Positions 10,019-20,593 of a DNA stretch of 64,000 nt are shown piece after piece. The notes under the pieces are model-generated. The model was not told the DNA's origin, did not search any database, and saw nothing but the letters and a program-made list of their open reading frames with translations. Location of the stretch: positions 7,845 through 71,844 of the forward strand of contig JAIBAQ010000010.1 of the NCBI GenBank assembly GCA_019695095.1. The letters run 5' to 3'. Within the stretch, counting starts at the first letter, position 1. Every line of letters begins with the position of its first letter. Both the position numbers and the translations under genes were made by a program. This stretch comes from Candidatus Hydrogenedentota bacterium. GTDB taxonomy: Bacteria; Hydrogenedentota; Hydrogenedentia; Hydrogenedentales; SLHB01.

Positions 10019-10228
10019 TGTCATGCTGAGCAAGGCGAAGAATCGGACACAAACATGACCGATGTCCTTATCGGTTTCTTCGGTTCGCTCTCAGTCAACA
10101 ACTCCATCAGGACAACACTTGGATCTTACTTTTGTTTTTCATGCTGAGTCCGCCTACGGCGGACGTAGCATCTGGCATCAGAGAGAATCGTTCTTAAGCC
10201 AGATCCTTCGCTTCGCTCAGGATGACAA
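10019..10228. repeat. REP-like palindromic repeat cluster (TGTCATCCTGAG...CGAAGGATCT type)
   Basis: Inverted pair TCATGCTGAG...CGTAGCATCTGGC (10139-10176) / GCCAGATCCTTCGCTTCGCTCAGGATGACA (10198-10227), plus a more degenerate pair at 10019-10044 / ~10074-10100. Confidence 0.75.
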
Positions 10229-10288
10229 TCAGACGCCTGAGAATGACAATTCCTCATGATTGTGGTTGGTCGAAATTGGTTTGCGTCC

Positions 10289-11560
10289 CTACAATGGCAA
10301 CTTCAGGAATCCGCTGCCTCCCTTCAACCATCGCTCCATGGTCTTGGGATCGCCGGTGATCTGTTTGTAGGGTCCGTCAGCCTTTGGAAGCGTGTCGAGA
10401 CTGCCCATTTCGCGGAAGAGTTCGCTCTTGGGACTGAACAGATTAAATGTGTAGATTCCGCTAACACCCGCTTCGAGCGCGGCGCGTGCTTCACCTCGCC
10501 ATAGGGGTTTCGCGTCTTCTCGTCCACCTTCGGGATTTGACGGCGACACCACGCGCGAGCCACTGAGACACGCATATACAGGTGCGTCGTACTTCTTACC
10601 GATGGCGACCATGTTCTCCCACGGTTCGAGGTGGAAGTAGCCGCTGAGCGACACGATATCGACAAGGTCTTCTTTCAACCATCGCTCCCAATCCAGTCCA
10701 ATACCCTGTGCATATCCCAGCGAGTCGGGAACACGAATCGAAATGAGCACGGGACGTCCGCGTTTCTTACCGACATCCTCGGTCATGACGCGGACGCGAC
10801 GGATCAACTCGGTCATCATGTCGCAATGCTCTTGCGTGACAGGTTCGCCGGTCATTTGCGGTTTGAAGTAGACAGGGTGGCGGAAGAAATCAAGTTCAAG
10901 CCCGTCCACGTCGTAGCGGGTGCATACATCGGCCAGAATGCGAAACACTTTGTCGCGGACTTCTGGCAATCCATAGTTCACGGCCGACCAGCGGCCTCCC
11001 CCGTGGGGGAACTTGTCACCCTTCTTGCCCATCAGATAGTCGGGATGATCCTGCTTCCATTTGCAGAGCAGCGCGTTGTCCCCGGAGTCGTGCGTATCGT
11101 TCATCCGCATCGACCAGAAGGCTTCCATCTTGTTCGCATGCGCGAACTTGATAATTTCCGTGAGCGAGTCTGTTCCGAGTTTCGTTAATTCCCACGCCCA
11201 GTCGAGTGATTCCTTATCACCGTGGCCGCGCAGTTCTGTCTCGGTGCTCGGCTGTGTGTAGAGATTGAAGACGCCGGTACAGTAGAAAATCGCATCGACT
11301 TGCGAACCGGCCAACGGTGTCGAGCGATTCATCAGGAAGTTGTCGACCGTATGCTCCTGGTCCTTGGTGCGCGCGTCGTTGCCGTCATTATTCATGATGA
11401 TGCGACGTTGTTTGTGTGCAGCCTCTTTACGCGCAGCACGATACTGTTCAATGGTCATCCCTTGAGGATCTTGTGCTTGAGCATGGGTGATCAAAGTTGT
11501 GAGCGCAAAGACGAGTGTAAGCGCGGTCGTGACGTTAATGAAACCGAAATTGCGTTTCAT
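10289..11560 (-). CDS. Secreted glycoside-hydrolase-like protein (GHL10/DUF187-like TIM barrel)
   Basis: Signal peptide ending AQA; SMRMNDTHD and YDVDGLELDFFRHP motifs. Confidence 0.65.
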   Translation of the reverse strand: MKRNFGFINVTTALTLVFALTTLITHAQAQDPQGMTIEQYRAARKEAAHKQRRIIMNNDGNDARTKDQEHTVDNFLMNRSTPLAGSQVDAIFYCTGVFNLYTQPSTETELRGHGDKESLDWAWELTKLGTDSLTEIIKFAHANKMEAFWSMRMNDTHDSGDNALLCKWKQDHPDYLMGKKGDKFPHGGGRWSAVNYGLPEVRDKVFRILADVCTRYDVDGLELDFFRHPVYFKPQMTGEPVTQEHCDMMTELIRRVRVMTEDVGKKRGRPVLISIRVPDSLGYAQGIGLDWERWLKEDLVDIVSLSGYFHLEPWENMVAIGKKYDAPVYACLSGSRVVSPSNPEGGREDAKPLWRGEARAALEAGVSGIYTFNLFSPKSELFREMGSLDTLPKADGPYKQITGDPKTMERWLKGGSGFLKLPL

Positions 11561-11863
11561 CGTTCTCCCCCTCACGTGTGATTCCTTGAATGGACTTAGT
11601 CTGCATACTTTTGGGGCGGATTGCCATTTATTGAAATTGGCAAGGTCGGATACCCGCTATCGCCCGTATGACGGGCGAGTGATTCTGGCAGGGGAATGCG
11701 CGTTTCAACGTTGGATATTGCGCCTTAGGCAAGGTCGGAACCACGTGCGCGAACCGGCATTGGTTCACTGGCATTGGTTCACCGTTGTATTCTTGACATC
11801 TCTGTGCTAGAATTCGATGGGGGCACGGCCCGACAGTAGGTTGCATCAAAGGGGGAATCTTCA

Positions 11864-13057
11864 ATGTATACGCCAACTTGCCGAATCTCGTTCATCCTCA
11901 TGTTTCTTGTTGCTCTTATCACCTGTGGATGTCCAAGCGACACTATCGTTCCTTGGGCCCAGATCTATGGCGGAGACAGCCTGGAAAGCGCAGAGACTGT
12001 CGTGCAAACTGCAGACGGAGGCTTCGCATTTGCAGGCAAGTCGTTTTCATACGTCGATGGTGGTTTCTACCTGGTGAAGACAGATGCCCAGGGCGAGCAG
12101 GAATGGACCGGTACCTATGCCCGAGACAATGGCGATATTCTAAAGGACATGATTCAGACTGCTGACGGTGGCTATGCGCTTGTCGGCAACACGTATTTCC
12201 CGGACACAACTTTCGTTGAGATGTATTTGGTGAAGACATACGCCGACGGTGATGTTGAATGGGCCAATTCATATGGCGCTGGCAGTCACAATGATCAAGC
12301 CAATTCCGTGATTCAATCCACCGACGGTGGATTCGTGATTGCTGGCGTCACGTACTCGTACGGCGCGGGCAATGGTGACATGTTCTTGGTGAAAATCGAT
12401 TCGGGCGGCGAGCAAGAATGGGCAAAGACGTATGGAGGCACTGACCTTGACGAGGCGAATTGCGTGATCCGGACATCCGATGGCGGTTACGCGGTGGCAG
12501 GATACACGTATTCCTACGGCGAGGGCGGCAAGGACATGTACTTGGTTAAGACAGACTCCAAGGGCGACCAAGTTTGGGCCAGGACGTTTGGCGGCAGTGG
12601 ACTGGAGCACGCAAACTCCGTGGTGCGAACCGGCGATGGAGGATTTGTACTTGCAGGAATATTCGATATTCTGGGAACAAGTAATGGCGATATGTATCTC
12701 GTAAAGACCAATTCCAACGGCAACCAAGAATGGTCCAGGACTTTCGGTGGCAGTGGCATTGATGAGGCATTCTCCGTCGCACGGACCTTAGGTGGATTTG
12801 CCCTTGCAGGCATCACGTATTCCTACGGCACCGGGAATAGTGACATGTACTTGGTGAAAACAAATGACAACGGCCACCAAGCCTGGGCCAAGACATATGG
12901 AGGTAATTCAGAGGAAGGGGCCAACTCAGTGGTTTCGGTTGCAGGCGGATACATCATGGCCGGGTTCACTACCTCCTACGGCTTGTTGGGCCTGTCTGAT
13001 ATGTATGCGGTACGCACCGATAGCGATGGCAATGCCCCCAATGCGCCGTCCAAATAG
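11864..13057 (+). CDS. Putative lipoprotein, 7-repeat beta-propeller
   Basis: Signal ending ...TCGCP; seven ~52-aa repeats W.kTyGG...a.sv..T.DGG...aG.t.syg....DmylVKTd..G. Confidence 0.8.
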   Translation: MYTPTCRISFILMFLVALITCGCPSDTIVPWAQIYGGDSLESAETVVQTADGGFAFAGKSFSYVDGGFYLVKTDAQGEQEWTGTYARDNGDILKDMIQTADGGYALVGNTYFPDTTFVEMYLVKTYADGDVEWANSYGAGSHNDQANSVIQSTDGGFVIAGVTYSYGAGNGDMFLVKIDSGGEQEWAKTYGGTDLDEANCVIRTSDGGYAVAGYTYSYGEGGKDMYLVKTDSKGDQVWARTFGGSGLEHANSVVRTGDGGFVLAGIFDILGTSNGDMYLVKTNSNGNQEWSRTFGGSGIDEAFSVARTLGGFALAGITYSYGTGNSDMYLVKTNDNGHQAWAKTYGGNSEEGANSVVSVAGGYIMAGFTTSYGLLGLSDMYAVRTDSDGNAPNAPSK

Positions 13058-13250
13058 AATTGCCCAGGCTCTAGGTGCATATAGGACGGACCCGACGGAA
13101 TAGTTGTATTCCCTTAAGAGTCCGGAATGTCATCGGTGTCAACACGCGCGGTGGAAAAGCCGCACGCCCACCTCCTATGATTTTCGGGGTCGGCAGAACA
13201 TTGCTGGTGACGCAATCTTCTGCCAATGAGTCCAATCCGGGAGGAAGGGC

Positions 13251-13667
13251 ATGTCCGAGCTTGAGCGATTGAGCTTCTCCATTGAGAAACCCTTGTCCAC
13301 AAAGCTCGAAAAGCTGGTGCGGGCGGCGAAATACACGAATCGTTCTGAGTACATTCGGGATCTGATACGTTCGCGCCTGGTCGAGCAGGAATGGGAAACA
13401 GACAAGGAAGCCTTAGGGACGGTCACGCTATTATACGATCACCATACGCGCGGACTGAGCGACCGCCTCACCCGTCTCCAGCACGACTTCCACAGCCACA
13501 TACTTGCCACGACGCACGTTCACCTCGATCATGATATTTGCGCGGAGGTCATCATGATTCGGGGAAAGGCAAATCTGATCCGGCAACTCGCGGCCGCAAT
13601 GGGCCGGGAGAAGGGAGTCCTTCACGCGTCGCTCAGCCTCAGCAGTACGGGGAAACAACTCGCTTAG
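13251..13667 (+). CDS. nikR: Nickel-responsive transcriptional regulator NikR
   Basis: Ribbon-helix-helix N-terminus (RLSFSIE...NRSEYIRDLIR); Ni ligands in LQHDF, THVHL and ICAEV; GGAGGAAGG RBS. Confidence 0.95.
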   Translation: MSELERLSFSIEKPLSTKLEKLVRAAKYTNRSEYIRDLIRSRLVEQEWETDKEALGTVTLLYDHHTRGLSDRLTRLQHDFHSHILATTHVHLDHDICAEVIMIRGKANLIRQLAAAMGREKGVLHASLSLSSTGKQLA

Positions 13668-13724
13668 TACACTCGGGCCGAACCTTGCTCAATTCGAAGA
13701 CGTTTGGCATGCGAGGCCGAACCA

Positions 13725-14393
13725 TCACCGTATTTCAACCAATACCTCATTGCGTCGCATGAATGGAGGCGTCCAGGGGGGATTGTACTGAGCCAAGATG
13801 GGCTCACCGACGACTTCGAGGCCGTCGCGTTTTGCGTATTCGAGCAGTTGCTCTTTCTTAGCGCGCGATTTCTTCTCAGGCGCGTACCCGGAAAAACGCA
13901 AGACCGCGCATTTGCGTTCAGGTACCTCACGTATGTTGATTTCGGAGTTGTTGGGCTTGGGAAGGGTGTCCATTGTGTAAGAACTGGGCATCACAAAAGA
14001 GACGATGTGTTTGCCAGCCTGTCCTTGCTCAAGCACGGGAGCGGTCATGGCGATTTTCTCGGACGGGGCAGCCTGCTCCAATACAGGCGCCGTCATCGCG
14101 ATCTTCTCCGACCCCTGTTGGGACCGCTTCGTATTGTTCCCAAAGATGTAGTCCGCGATCTTGCGGAACCCCCGATTCAGGGCTTCGTCTTGCGGGCCTT
14201 CGACGGTCACTTCCGCGACGATAAGCGGCTCGTACACGCGGATTTCGTAGCCGTCCCGTTTTTCAGCGACCTTGTACTTTGGTGTTTCAATGCCCGCCAC
14301 GCTTGCGTACCCCACACCGATCCATGCGCCAAAAAGGAGAAGCACTAGCAGCACCAACACAACCGCTACTATACGAATTGGACGGAAACGCAT
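13725..14393 (-). CDS. SOUL-family heme-binding protein, membrane-anchored
   Basis: ETPKY, YEIRVY, GFRKIADYIFGNN, IAMTAPV, YNPPWTPPFMRRNEV; N-terminal hydrophobic helix. Confidence 0.92.
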   Translation of the reverse strand: MRFRPIRIVAVVLVLLVLLLFGAWIGVGYASVAGIETPKYKVAEKRDGYEIRVYEPLIVAEVTVEGPQDEALNRGFRKIADYIFGNNTKRSQQGSEKIAMTAPVLEQAAPSEKIAMTAPVLEQGQAGKHIVSFVMPSSYTMDTLPKPNNSEINIREVPERKCAVLRFSGYAPEKKSRAKKEQLLEYAKRDGLEVVGEPILAQYNPPWTPPFMRRNEVLVEIR

Positions 14394-14512
14394 CGTCCAC
14401 CAGCTCCTCAATGTGATTTCAGAACACGTCAACTGCTTCGTCAAGAGTTGACTCGTCCGAGTACAGCCTCTATAACACTCGTAACTAACCGCGCTGAAGG
14501 AGCCCCTATTCC

Positions 14513-16348
14513 ATGACTTCTACGCACCGCACGCTATTTGTATTTGTTGTCTCCCTCCTGGTCGCATGGACAGGGTTGTTACCTGGGTTGTCGGCTCAAG
14601 AGACTCCGCCAGACCTTCGGCTGAGCGTCTACTTGACTACCGATTCCGTTCATAAGATGGCCTCCGACGCTGAGGCTCGGGCCAAGGCGCTTTCTGTGCT
14701 CCAGCCCCTGCACATTTCGCGAGTCTTTCTGGAAATCTACCGCGGCGGCGACGTGGTGGACCGGAAGACGCTGGAGTCTGCGCGCGATTTCTTTCGTGAG
14801 AACGGATTCCAGGTAACGGGAGGCATCGCGACCGTGCCGGGCGGAGAGATTGGCGTGCGGCAGGAGGGCCCGCTCGGTTGGTTCAATTGGCAGAATCCAA
14901 AGACTCAGGAAGACATCCGGCGCATCATTGCCGATGCTGCGCCGGTGTTCGACGAGCTGATCGTGGACGACTTCTTCTGTACCGGAGACGTGAGTGCCGA
15001 ATCGCAAGCTGCGAAAGGTGATCGCTCCTGGTCCGACTACCGCCGGGACCTCATGGTTGGGTTGGCCAAGACCGTCATCATCGATCCGGCCAAACAAGCG
15101 AATCCGGGAATACGGGTCATCATCAAGTTCCCCCAGTGGTATGACCGGTTCCATGAGTTTGGATACGACGTTCCCCGCGAATCGGCCCTGTTTGACGGCG
15201 TCTGGGTCGGAACAGAGACCCGAGGTGCGACGACCCAACGGTTCGGCTTCGTGCAGCCCTATGAGGGATTCGTGAACTTCCGGTGGGTCGCCAGCATCGC
15301 AGGCGATAAGACTCTGGGTGCATGGTTCGATCACGGCGATTGCGATGCGGACGATTTCATCGAGCAGGCTTACCAATCTGTCCTGGCTGGAGCCCCAGAA
15401 CTGACCCTGTTCAGCTATGGAGCGTTTGAGGAAGGACACCCCGGCCATGAGAAGCTTGCCAAGGAGTTCGACTCTCTGAATGCCCTCTCAAAGGCCGTGC
15501 GCACGAATCCGATTCAGGGACTCCCTGCCTACAAACCCGCCAACAGCGATTCGGGCAGCGACATGTACATCATGGATTACATTGGGATGCTCGGCATTCC
15601 TCTTGTTCCAGTTTCGACTTTTCCCGATGACGCTCCTTGCGTGTTCTTGCCGACTCAGGCAGCCTCTGACAGCACGATCAGCGCGAAGATCGCGGACTTT
15701 GTTGCGTCACGTAAAACAATCATTCTTACAACCGGCTTCATCGTTAAGGCACAGAGCTCCACCCTAAACAATCTAGCAGGATTGCGCGGTCCTGTTGTCT
15801 CAATGCCCCTTGAAGCGAATGCAGTTCTGGTTAATGGCCAGTCAGTCCGTTTGTCAAGTAAACTTAACATCGGTTGTTCATTTACGCTGGGAGATGCTGC
15901 AGTTCTCGTCTACGCAATGGCAGGCGAGAAGAAGGTACCGCTTCTGACGCTCAACAATCTTCAAGGCGCCACTGTCATCGTGGTGAATACGTGTACATTC
16001 ACGCAGGCAGATTTCGACGCAGTCGGGGAAGTGCTACTTGCTCCAAAGTGGCTGGGGATTTTAGACTTACCCCAACCATCGGTTGAAGTGCTGCGGCGGG
16101 CTTTGTCTGGTTCACTAGGAGCGAACTTGCTGGCACCCGTGCGGACAAGCCTACAGACGTTGTCAAATAACAATTACATTATTCAGAACTACAACGGAGA
16201 TTCGGCGACGGTTTCGTTGTTGCTCTCGGCGACGGCAACGCCCGCATTTTCGGAGGCTTGGTCTACTTCGAAAATCCCGTCTACGTCCACGAGACTCGAT
16301 TTGACGATTCCAGCACGTTCCAGAGTGTGGGTTACCCCGGACAAGTAG
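14513..16348 (+). CDS. Secreted hypothetical protein, probable glycoside-hydrolase-like TIM barrel
   Basis: Signal peptide; ELIVDDFFCT, IIKFPQWYDRF and VGTETR conserved-looking motifs; family not assignable from memory. Confidence 0.6.
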   Translation: MTSTHRTLFVFVVSLLVAWTGLLPGLSAQETPPDLRLSVYLTTDSVHKMASDAEARAKALSVLQPLHISRVFLEIYRGGDVVDRKTLESARDFFRENGFQVTGGIATVPGGEIGVRQEGPLGWFNWQNPKTQEDIRRIIADAAPVFDELIVDDFFCTGDVSAESQAAKGDRSWSDYRRDLMVGLAKTVIIDPAKQANPGIRVIIKFPQWYDRFHEFGYDVPRESALFDGVWVGTETRGATTQRFGFVQPYEGFVNFRWVASIAGDKTLGAWFDHGDCDADDFIEQAYQSVLAGAPELTLFSYGAFEEGHPGHEKLAKEFDSLNALSKAVRTNPIQGLPAYKPANSDSGSDMYIMDYIGMLGIPLVPVSTFPDDAPCVFLPTQAASDSTISAKIADFVASRKTIILTTGFIVKAQSSTLNNLAGLRGPVVSMPLEANAVLVNGQSVRLSSKLNIGCSFTLGDAAVLVYAMAGEKKVPLLTLNNLQGATVIVVNTCTFTQADFDAVGEVLLAPKWLGILDLPQPSVEVLRRALSGSLGANLLAPVRTSLQTLSNNNYIIQNYNGDSATVSLLLSATATPAFSEAWSTSKIPSTSTRLDLTIPARSRVWVTPDK

Positions 16349-16362
16349 TTCGATTTAAGCGC

Positions 16363-16454
16363 CTATCCGGGATTACTCACGACATATCCGCAACGTCTTT
16401 CACGTGAACAATTTGCGTCGACGCTCAAACGCGCTGATGCAAATTACGGACTAT
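16363..16454 (-). mobile_element. MITE-like repeat, copy D (92 bp, large stem deleted)
   Basis: Matches both ends of copies B and C (TAGtccgtaatttgca... and ...tcgtgagtaatcccggaTAGgc) but lacks the central ~100 bp; begins on the TAG stop of the 16451-18196 gene. Confidence 0.7.
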
Positions 16455-18196
16455 GGCCCGGCGTTCAAGTTGACCGTCTCACCGCGACGTATGATTCGCT
16501 CTACGTTCTGGGTCACGTTGATGAGGGTGACTGCGCTGGGAGCGCGGTCAATTTTCGCGACGGTCCAGTCCTTATCCAGCAGGTCTCCGACTGCGGCGGT
16601 AACACGCTCTTCTGCGGCTCCTCCCCGGACTAGCTTCAAGACGGCCTTCTCCCCCATTGTTCCAACAAACGAAACGAGGAGTTGAGCAACCGGTGCAGGC
16701 GCCTGCTTCTGCGGCTGGGGCGGGGCAGGCGCGGAAACTGAGGTCTTCTGTGGTTTTGCTGCGACAGCGGGTCCGGGGTCGGCGGCGCGTGGTTCAACTT
16801 TTGCAGGGGGGGAAAGGTATGCAGCGCCTAAGTTGGTCTCAAATGGCATCAATTCGCGGGAATCGGAGTAGAACGTGAGGCGGATAGACTCCGCATTGGC
16901 GCCCAGCGCCGTGAGGCGCCGTAGGTCCAAGGTCAATTCCAACGACGATGCGGGGCTCACTCGGAAGGACCCCTCCCCTTCACCGGGCAACCCGGCGGTT
17001 GACCAGGCCGCCTCCGTGTTTGGAAGCATACGGTACTCACTGGTGCCGCGCTCCTTAACATAGACATCCACCCCAGCCTCGTGCCCCCCTCCACGCGACG
17101 CGGGCCGTGCCGACCACGAGGTGTAGACGTCAACGGCTTCTCCACCCTCGGATCGGCAAACCACGCGAATTGCGTCTTGGGCAGGCAGCACCAATGAGGC
17201 ATCGAATGTTACGCGAGCCCCGCCGCTTGAGGCATAAATCGCTGCCATAACCCCCAATACAGCCAACGTCATCACTGCGGCGAAGGCGGCAACGGCCGCA
17301 AGCCTTCGCTTAAGGGCGATGGAGACATCGCCAACGCGCAGGCCACCCATCACGATGAACGCTACACCCACTGCGCAATAGAGAATGCTCCCCGGCCGGA
17401 ATAGCTGTAGTAATTCGCTTGGAGCGAGGCCGAACAGACTTCCGCGGTTTGCAAGCGGACTGGGCAACATACCGGCGGTAGTTACCAAGACACCTAGAAA
17501 CAGGATTCCCCACCCCACAAGTCCCTTCTTGCGAATTGCCACTATGGGAATGGATACAAAAGGCAGCACGAAGAGGGGTAGCCACAGCAAATGCAGGGAA
17601 GTGGGCAGACTTCCGCCAGCGAGTCCAACCAGAGATCGGTCTATGTCTTCAACCCGAACCCAAGGCAGAAAGATGGAGGCTGCTGCCACGATGGAGAGTA
17701 GCAACGCCAAAACCCATTCCATGGTGCCAACCGGTTTGGGCGTATACGGGACTTCCCCCTGGTACTTTTCAAACGGCAAGTCGATTCTTCCGCCGAGTTC
17801 TTCGGGGTGCTCAGCCGAGAGGCGCGCTTTGACGGCTGTTACCCCTTCCTGAAGGGCAGTAATTCTTCTTCGCAGACTTCGATTGGCGTCATTCGCACCA
17901 CTCGCACTGATCGTTCCTCGCTTTACCGCGTTTGGCAGGTCTTCCTGCTCTTCACGTAGGAGACGAAGGTTTGCCTCCAGGCGAACGATACTGGCGCGCT
18001 CGGCATCGCGGAGTTTTCGGACCGTTGCCTCCGCGCGGGCCAGTTCGTGCTCCAACTCCGCGACCTGGAGGTCGTGCGAATTCTTGTCGAGACGGCCCGC
18101 CGCCAAATCCCGCTTGCACTGCGCCAGTCCCTCGCGGGCCTTCGCCCGATGGGACAGGGCAAGACGCAGCGCCAGATTTGGATCAGCCTTTTGCAC
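16451..18196 (-). CDS. Hypothetical membrane protein (coiled-coil N-terminus, several TM helices, periplasmic beta region, Pro/Ala linker)
   Basis: Long ORF overlapping the pyrG stop; hydrophobic segments in the middle; PAAEP-rich linker before a small C-terminal beta domain. Confidence 0.75.
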   Translation of the reverse strand: MQKADPNLALRLALSHRAKAREGLAQCKRDLAAGRLDKNSHDLQVAELEHELARAEATVRKLRDAERASIVRLEANLRLLREEQEDLPNAVKRGTISASGANDANRSLRRRITALQEGVTAVKARLSAEHPEELGGRIDLPFEKYQGEVPYTPKPVGTMEWVLALLLSIVAAASIFLPWVRVEDIDRSLVGLAGGSLPTSLHLLWLPLFVLPFVSIPIVAIRKKGLVGWGILFLGVLVTTAGMLPSPLANRGSLFGLAPSELLQLFRPGSILYCAVGVAFIVMGGLRVGDVSIALKRRLAAVAAFAAVMTLAVLGVMAAIYASSGGARVTFDASLVLPAQDAIRVVCRSEGGEAVDVYTSWSARPASRGGGHEAGVDVYVKERGTSEYRMLPNTEAAWSTAGLPGEGEGSFRVSPASSLELTLDLRRLTALGANAESIRLTFYSDSRELMPFETNLGAAYLSPPAKVEPRAADPGPAVAAKPQKTSVSAPAPPQPQKQAPAPVAQLLVSFVGTMGEKAVLKLVRGGAAEERVTAAVGDLLDKDWTVAKIDRAPSAVTLINVTQNVERIIRRGETVNLNAGP

Positions 18197-19820
18197 GGGC
18201 GTTTCGATACTCTAGGGCAGCCTTCACGAAGTCACGAAACAGCGGCTGCGGCTTCAACGGAGTCGACGTGAATTCGGGATGGAACTGCGACGCACAGAAC
18301 CAGGGGTGATCCTTCAATTCGATAATCTCCACCAATTCGTGGTCGCTGCGGGTATGAAGGCCACTGACTACAAGTCCGGCTTCTTTCTCAAGGCGTTCGC
18401 GGTACGAATTGTTGAATTCATACCGATGCCGGTGGCGTTCCGACACTGAGTCAGCGCCATACGCTTTGCGCGCCTTGGTCTTTTCCACCAGTTCGCACCG
18501 GTATGCGCCCAAGCGCATTGTGCCACCCAGTTCGCGAATACCGCGCTGCTCCGATAGCAGCGATATCACCGGATTCGCAGTCTCTGTATTGAACTCGGTG
18601 GAATTTGCATCCTTGAGACCAAGGCAGTTTCGCGTCATTTCGATTACGGCGATCTGCATGCCTAAACAGATTCCGAAGAAAGGTTTCTTGGCCTTGCGAA
18701 CGTACTCTACCGCCTTAATTTTACCTTCGATGCCACGCGAACCGAAACCGGGACCCACCAAAACGCCATCGAATTGTGCAAGGGCTTCTTCGGGTACCGT
18801 GCCGTTTTCGAAGGTTTCGGAATCGACCCACTCCAGTTTCACGCGGCAATCGTTGGCGACGCCTGCGTGCACAAACGCCTCATTGATGCTCTTGTACGCA
18901 TCGCCGTGGTGCGTGTATTTGCCGACAGCGGCAATACGAACTTCATGCTTGGGCTTGACGATGCGCTCGATGACGCCTTCCCACGCTGACAAGTTGATCT
19001 CACGTGTTTCCAGTCCGAGGCATCGAAGCACGATTTCGTCCAAGCGCTGCCGATGGAAATTCATCGGAATCGCGTACACGGGCTTGACGTCGGGGGCTCC
19101 AATAATGCACTCCTCGGTCACATTGCAGAACATCGCGATCTTCCGGCGCTGGTCCGGCCCAAGGTCCTGCGTTCCCGTGCGGCACACGATGACGTTGGGT
19201 TGAATACCAATATCGCGCAATGCCCGCACGCTGTGCTGCGTCGGCTTCGTCTTCAATTCTTCCGCGGCTTCAATGTAGGGTACCAAGGTAACATGGATGT
19301 TGCAGCACGGAGTAGGAGCTACGTCGAGATTGAACTGACGGATTGCCTCCAGGAACGGAAGGCTTTCGATGTCGCCTACCGTGCCCCCGATTTCAATCAG
19401 CGCCACATCCGCGTCGTCTTCCGGCTCGGCTGTCAATTCGCGGATTCTACGCTTGATTTCGTCGGTGATGTGGGGAATCACCTGCACGGTTTTACCGAGG
19501 TACTCGCCGCGTCGCTCCTTCTCAATGACAGAATGGTAGACACTACCGGTAGTCATATTGCTTTTCTGTGAGATTTTGGCGTTGGTGAAACGCTGGTAGT
19601 GTCCGAGATCCAGATCCGTTTCCGCTCCATCGTCGGTCACGAAGACTTCTCCGTGCTCGAATGGATTCATGGTTCCTGGGTCCACATTGATGTACGGGTC
19701 AAGCTTCATCATGGCGACTTTGTAGCCGCGAGCTTCCAGCAACAGCCCCAGACTTGCCGCGGCGATACCTTTACCAACCGACGAGACCACACCACCTGTT
19801 ACAAACACGTACCTCGGCAT
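18183..19820 (-). CDS. pyrG: CTP synthase
   Basis: [49 protein letters not shown]. Confidence 0.99.
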   Translation of the reverse strand: MPRYVFVTGGVVSSVGKGIAAASLGLLLEARGYKVAMMKLDPYINVDPGTMNPFEHGEVFVTDDGAETDLDLGHYQRFTNAKISQKSNMTTGSVYHSVIEKERRGEYLGKTVQVIPHITDEIKRRIRELTAEPEDDADVALIEIGGTVGDIESLPFLEAIRQFNLDVAPTPCCNIHVTLVPYIEAAEELKTKPTQHSVRALRDIGIQPNVIVCRTGTQDLGPDQRRKIAMFCNVTEECIIGAPDVKPVYAIPMNFHRQRLDEIVLRCLGLETREINLSAWEGVIERIVKPKHEVRIAAVGKYTHHGDAYKSINEAFVHAGVANDCRVKLEWVDSETFENGTVPEEALAQFDGVLVGPGFGSRGIEGKIKAVEYVRKAKKPFFGICLGMQIAVIEMTRNCLGLKDANSTEFNTETANPVISLLSEQRGIRELGGTMRLGAYRCELVEKTKARKAYGADSVSERHRHRYEFNNSYRERLEKEAGLVVSGLHTRSDHELVEIIELKDHPWFCASQFHPEFTSTPLKPQPLFRDFVKAALEYRNARAKG

Positions 19821-20593
19821 TACATCCTTCCTTCCAACGCGCCCTCAAGCATTGCGCGTACCTGCTCCAAGTCTTCCGGCGTATCCACTCCGATGCTCTG
19901 GTACTTCGTATCGACAACCGCGATGGGATAACCGCGCTCCAAGACCCTCAACTGTTCCAACTTCTCCAACTTTTCCAGCGACGACGGAGCCCATCGCGAA
20001 TAATCAAGCAAAAACTCGCGCCGATAGACATAAAGTCCAATATGCTGCCAATGGCACTTGGGCGCGGAAGCGCGGTCGGCGGCATCGCGAACGTACGGTA
20101 TCGGATACCGCGAGAAATACAAGGCGCGGCCCCGGCTGTCGCAGACGACCTTCACGACATTGGGATTTTCAATGTCGTCCGGATCCGTAATCAGGCGTCT
20201 GGCCGTCGCCATCGGTAAACTCGGGTCGATTAGCAAAGGCCGGATTGCCTCGTCGATGGTGTGGGGATCGATTAGCGGCTCATCGCCCTGCACATTCACG
20301 ATTAGATCGGCTTCCACTCCTTGGGCAACCTCCGCAATGCGATCCGTTCCCGAGGGGTGTTCAGGACGCGTCATCACCACGGGAATGCCCAGAGGCTCCA
20401 AGGCGCTTCGGACACAATCGTCGTCGGTGGCGACCAGAACGCGAGAAACCAGCGCAGCTTCGCAGGTTCGATAGTAGGTGTGTGCCACAAGAGGCTTTCC
20501 AGCCAGCGGCGCAATGACCTTCCCCGGGAACCTGGTGGAGGCGAAACGAGCGGGAATTACCGCCACAACTCCCCGGCTTCCAATAACTTGCAT
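19820..20593 (-). CDS. kdsB: 3-deoxy-manno-octulosonate cytidylyltransferase
   Basis: [49 protein letters not shown]; stop overlaps the pyrG start. Confidence 0.96.
   Translation of the reverse strand: MQVIGSRGVVAVIPARFASTRFPGKVIAPLAGKPLVAHTYYRTCEAALVSRVLVATDDDCVRSALEPLGIPVVMTRPEHPSGTDRIAEVAQGVEADLIVNVQGDEPLIDPHTIDEAIRPLLIDPSLPMATARRLITDPDDIENPNVVKVVCDSRGRALYFSRYPIPYVRDAADRASAPKCHWQHIGLYVYRREFLLDYSRWAPSSLEKLEKLEQLRVLERGYPIAVVDTKYQSIGVDTPEDLEQVRAMLEGALEGRM

Noticed and set aside
11864-13057. DNA-level periodicity resembling a repeat array
   Set aside because: Explained by protein beta-propeller repeats; not CRISPR, as there are no identical repeats with unique spacers and no cas genes.
13058-13250. 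Riboswitch or NikR operator upstream of nikR
   Set aside because: A hairpin exists (GGCAGAA...TTCTGCC), but I found no cobalamin or NiCo core motifs and no GTATGA-N16-TCATAC-type palindrome.
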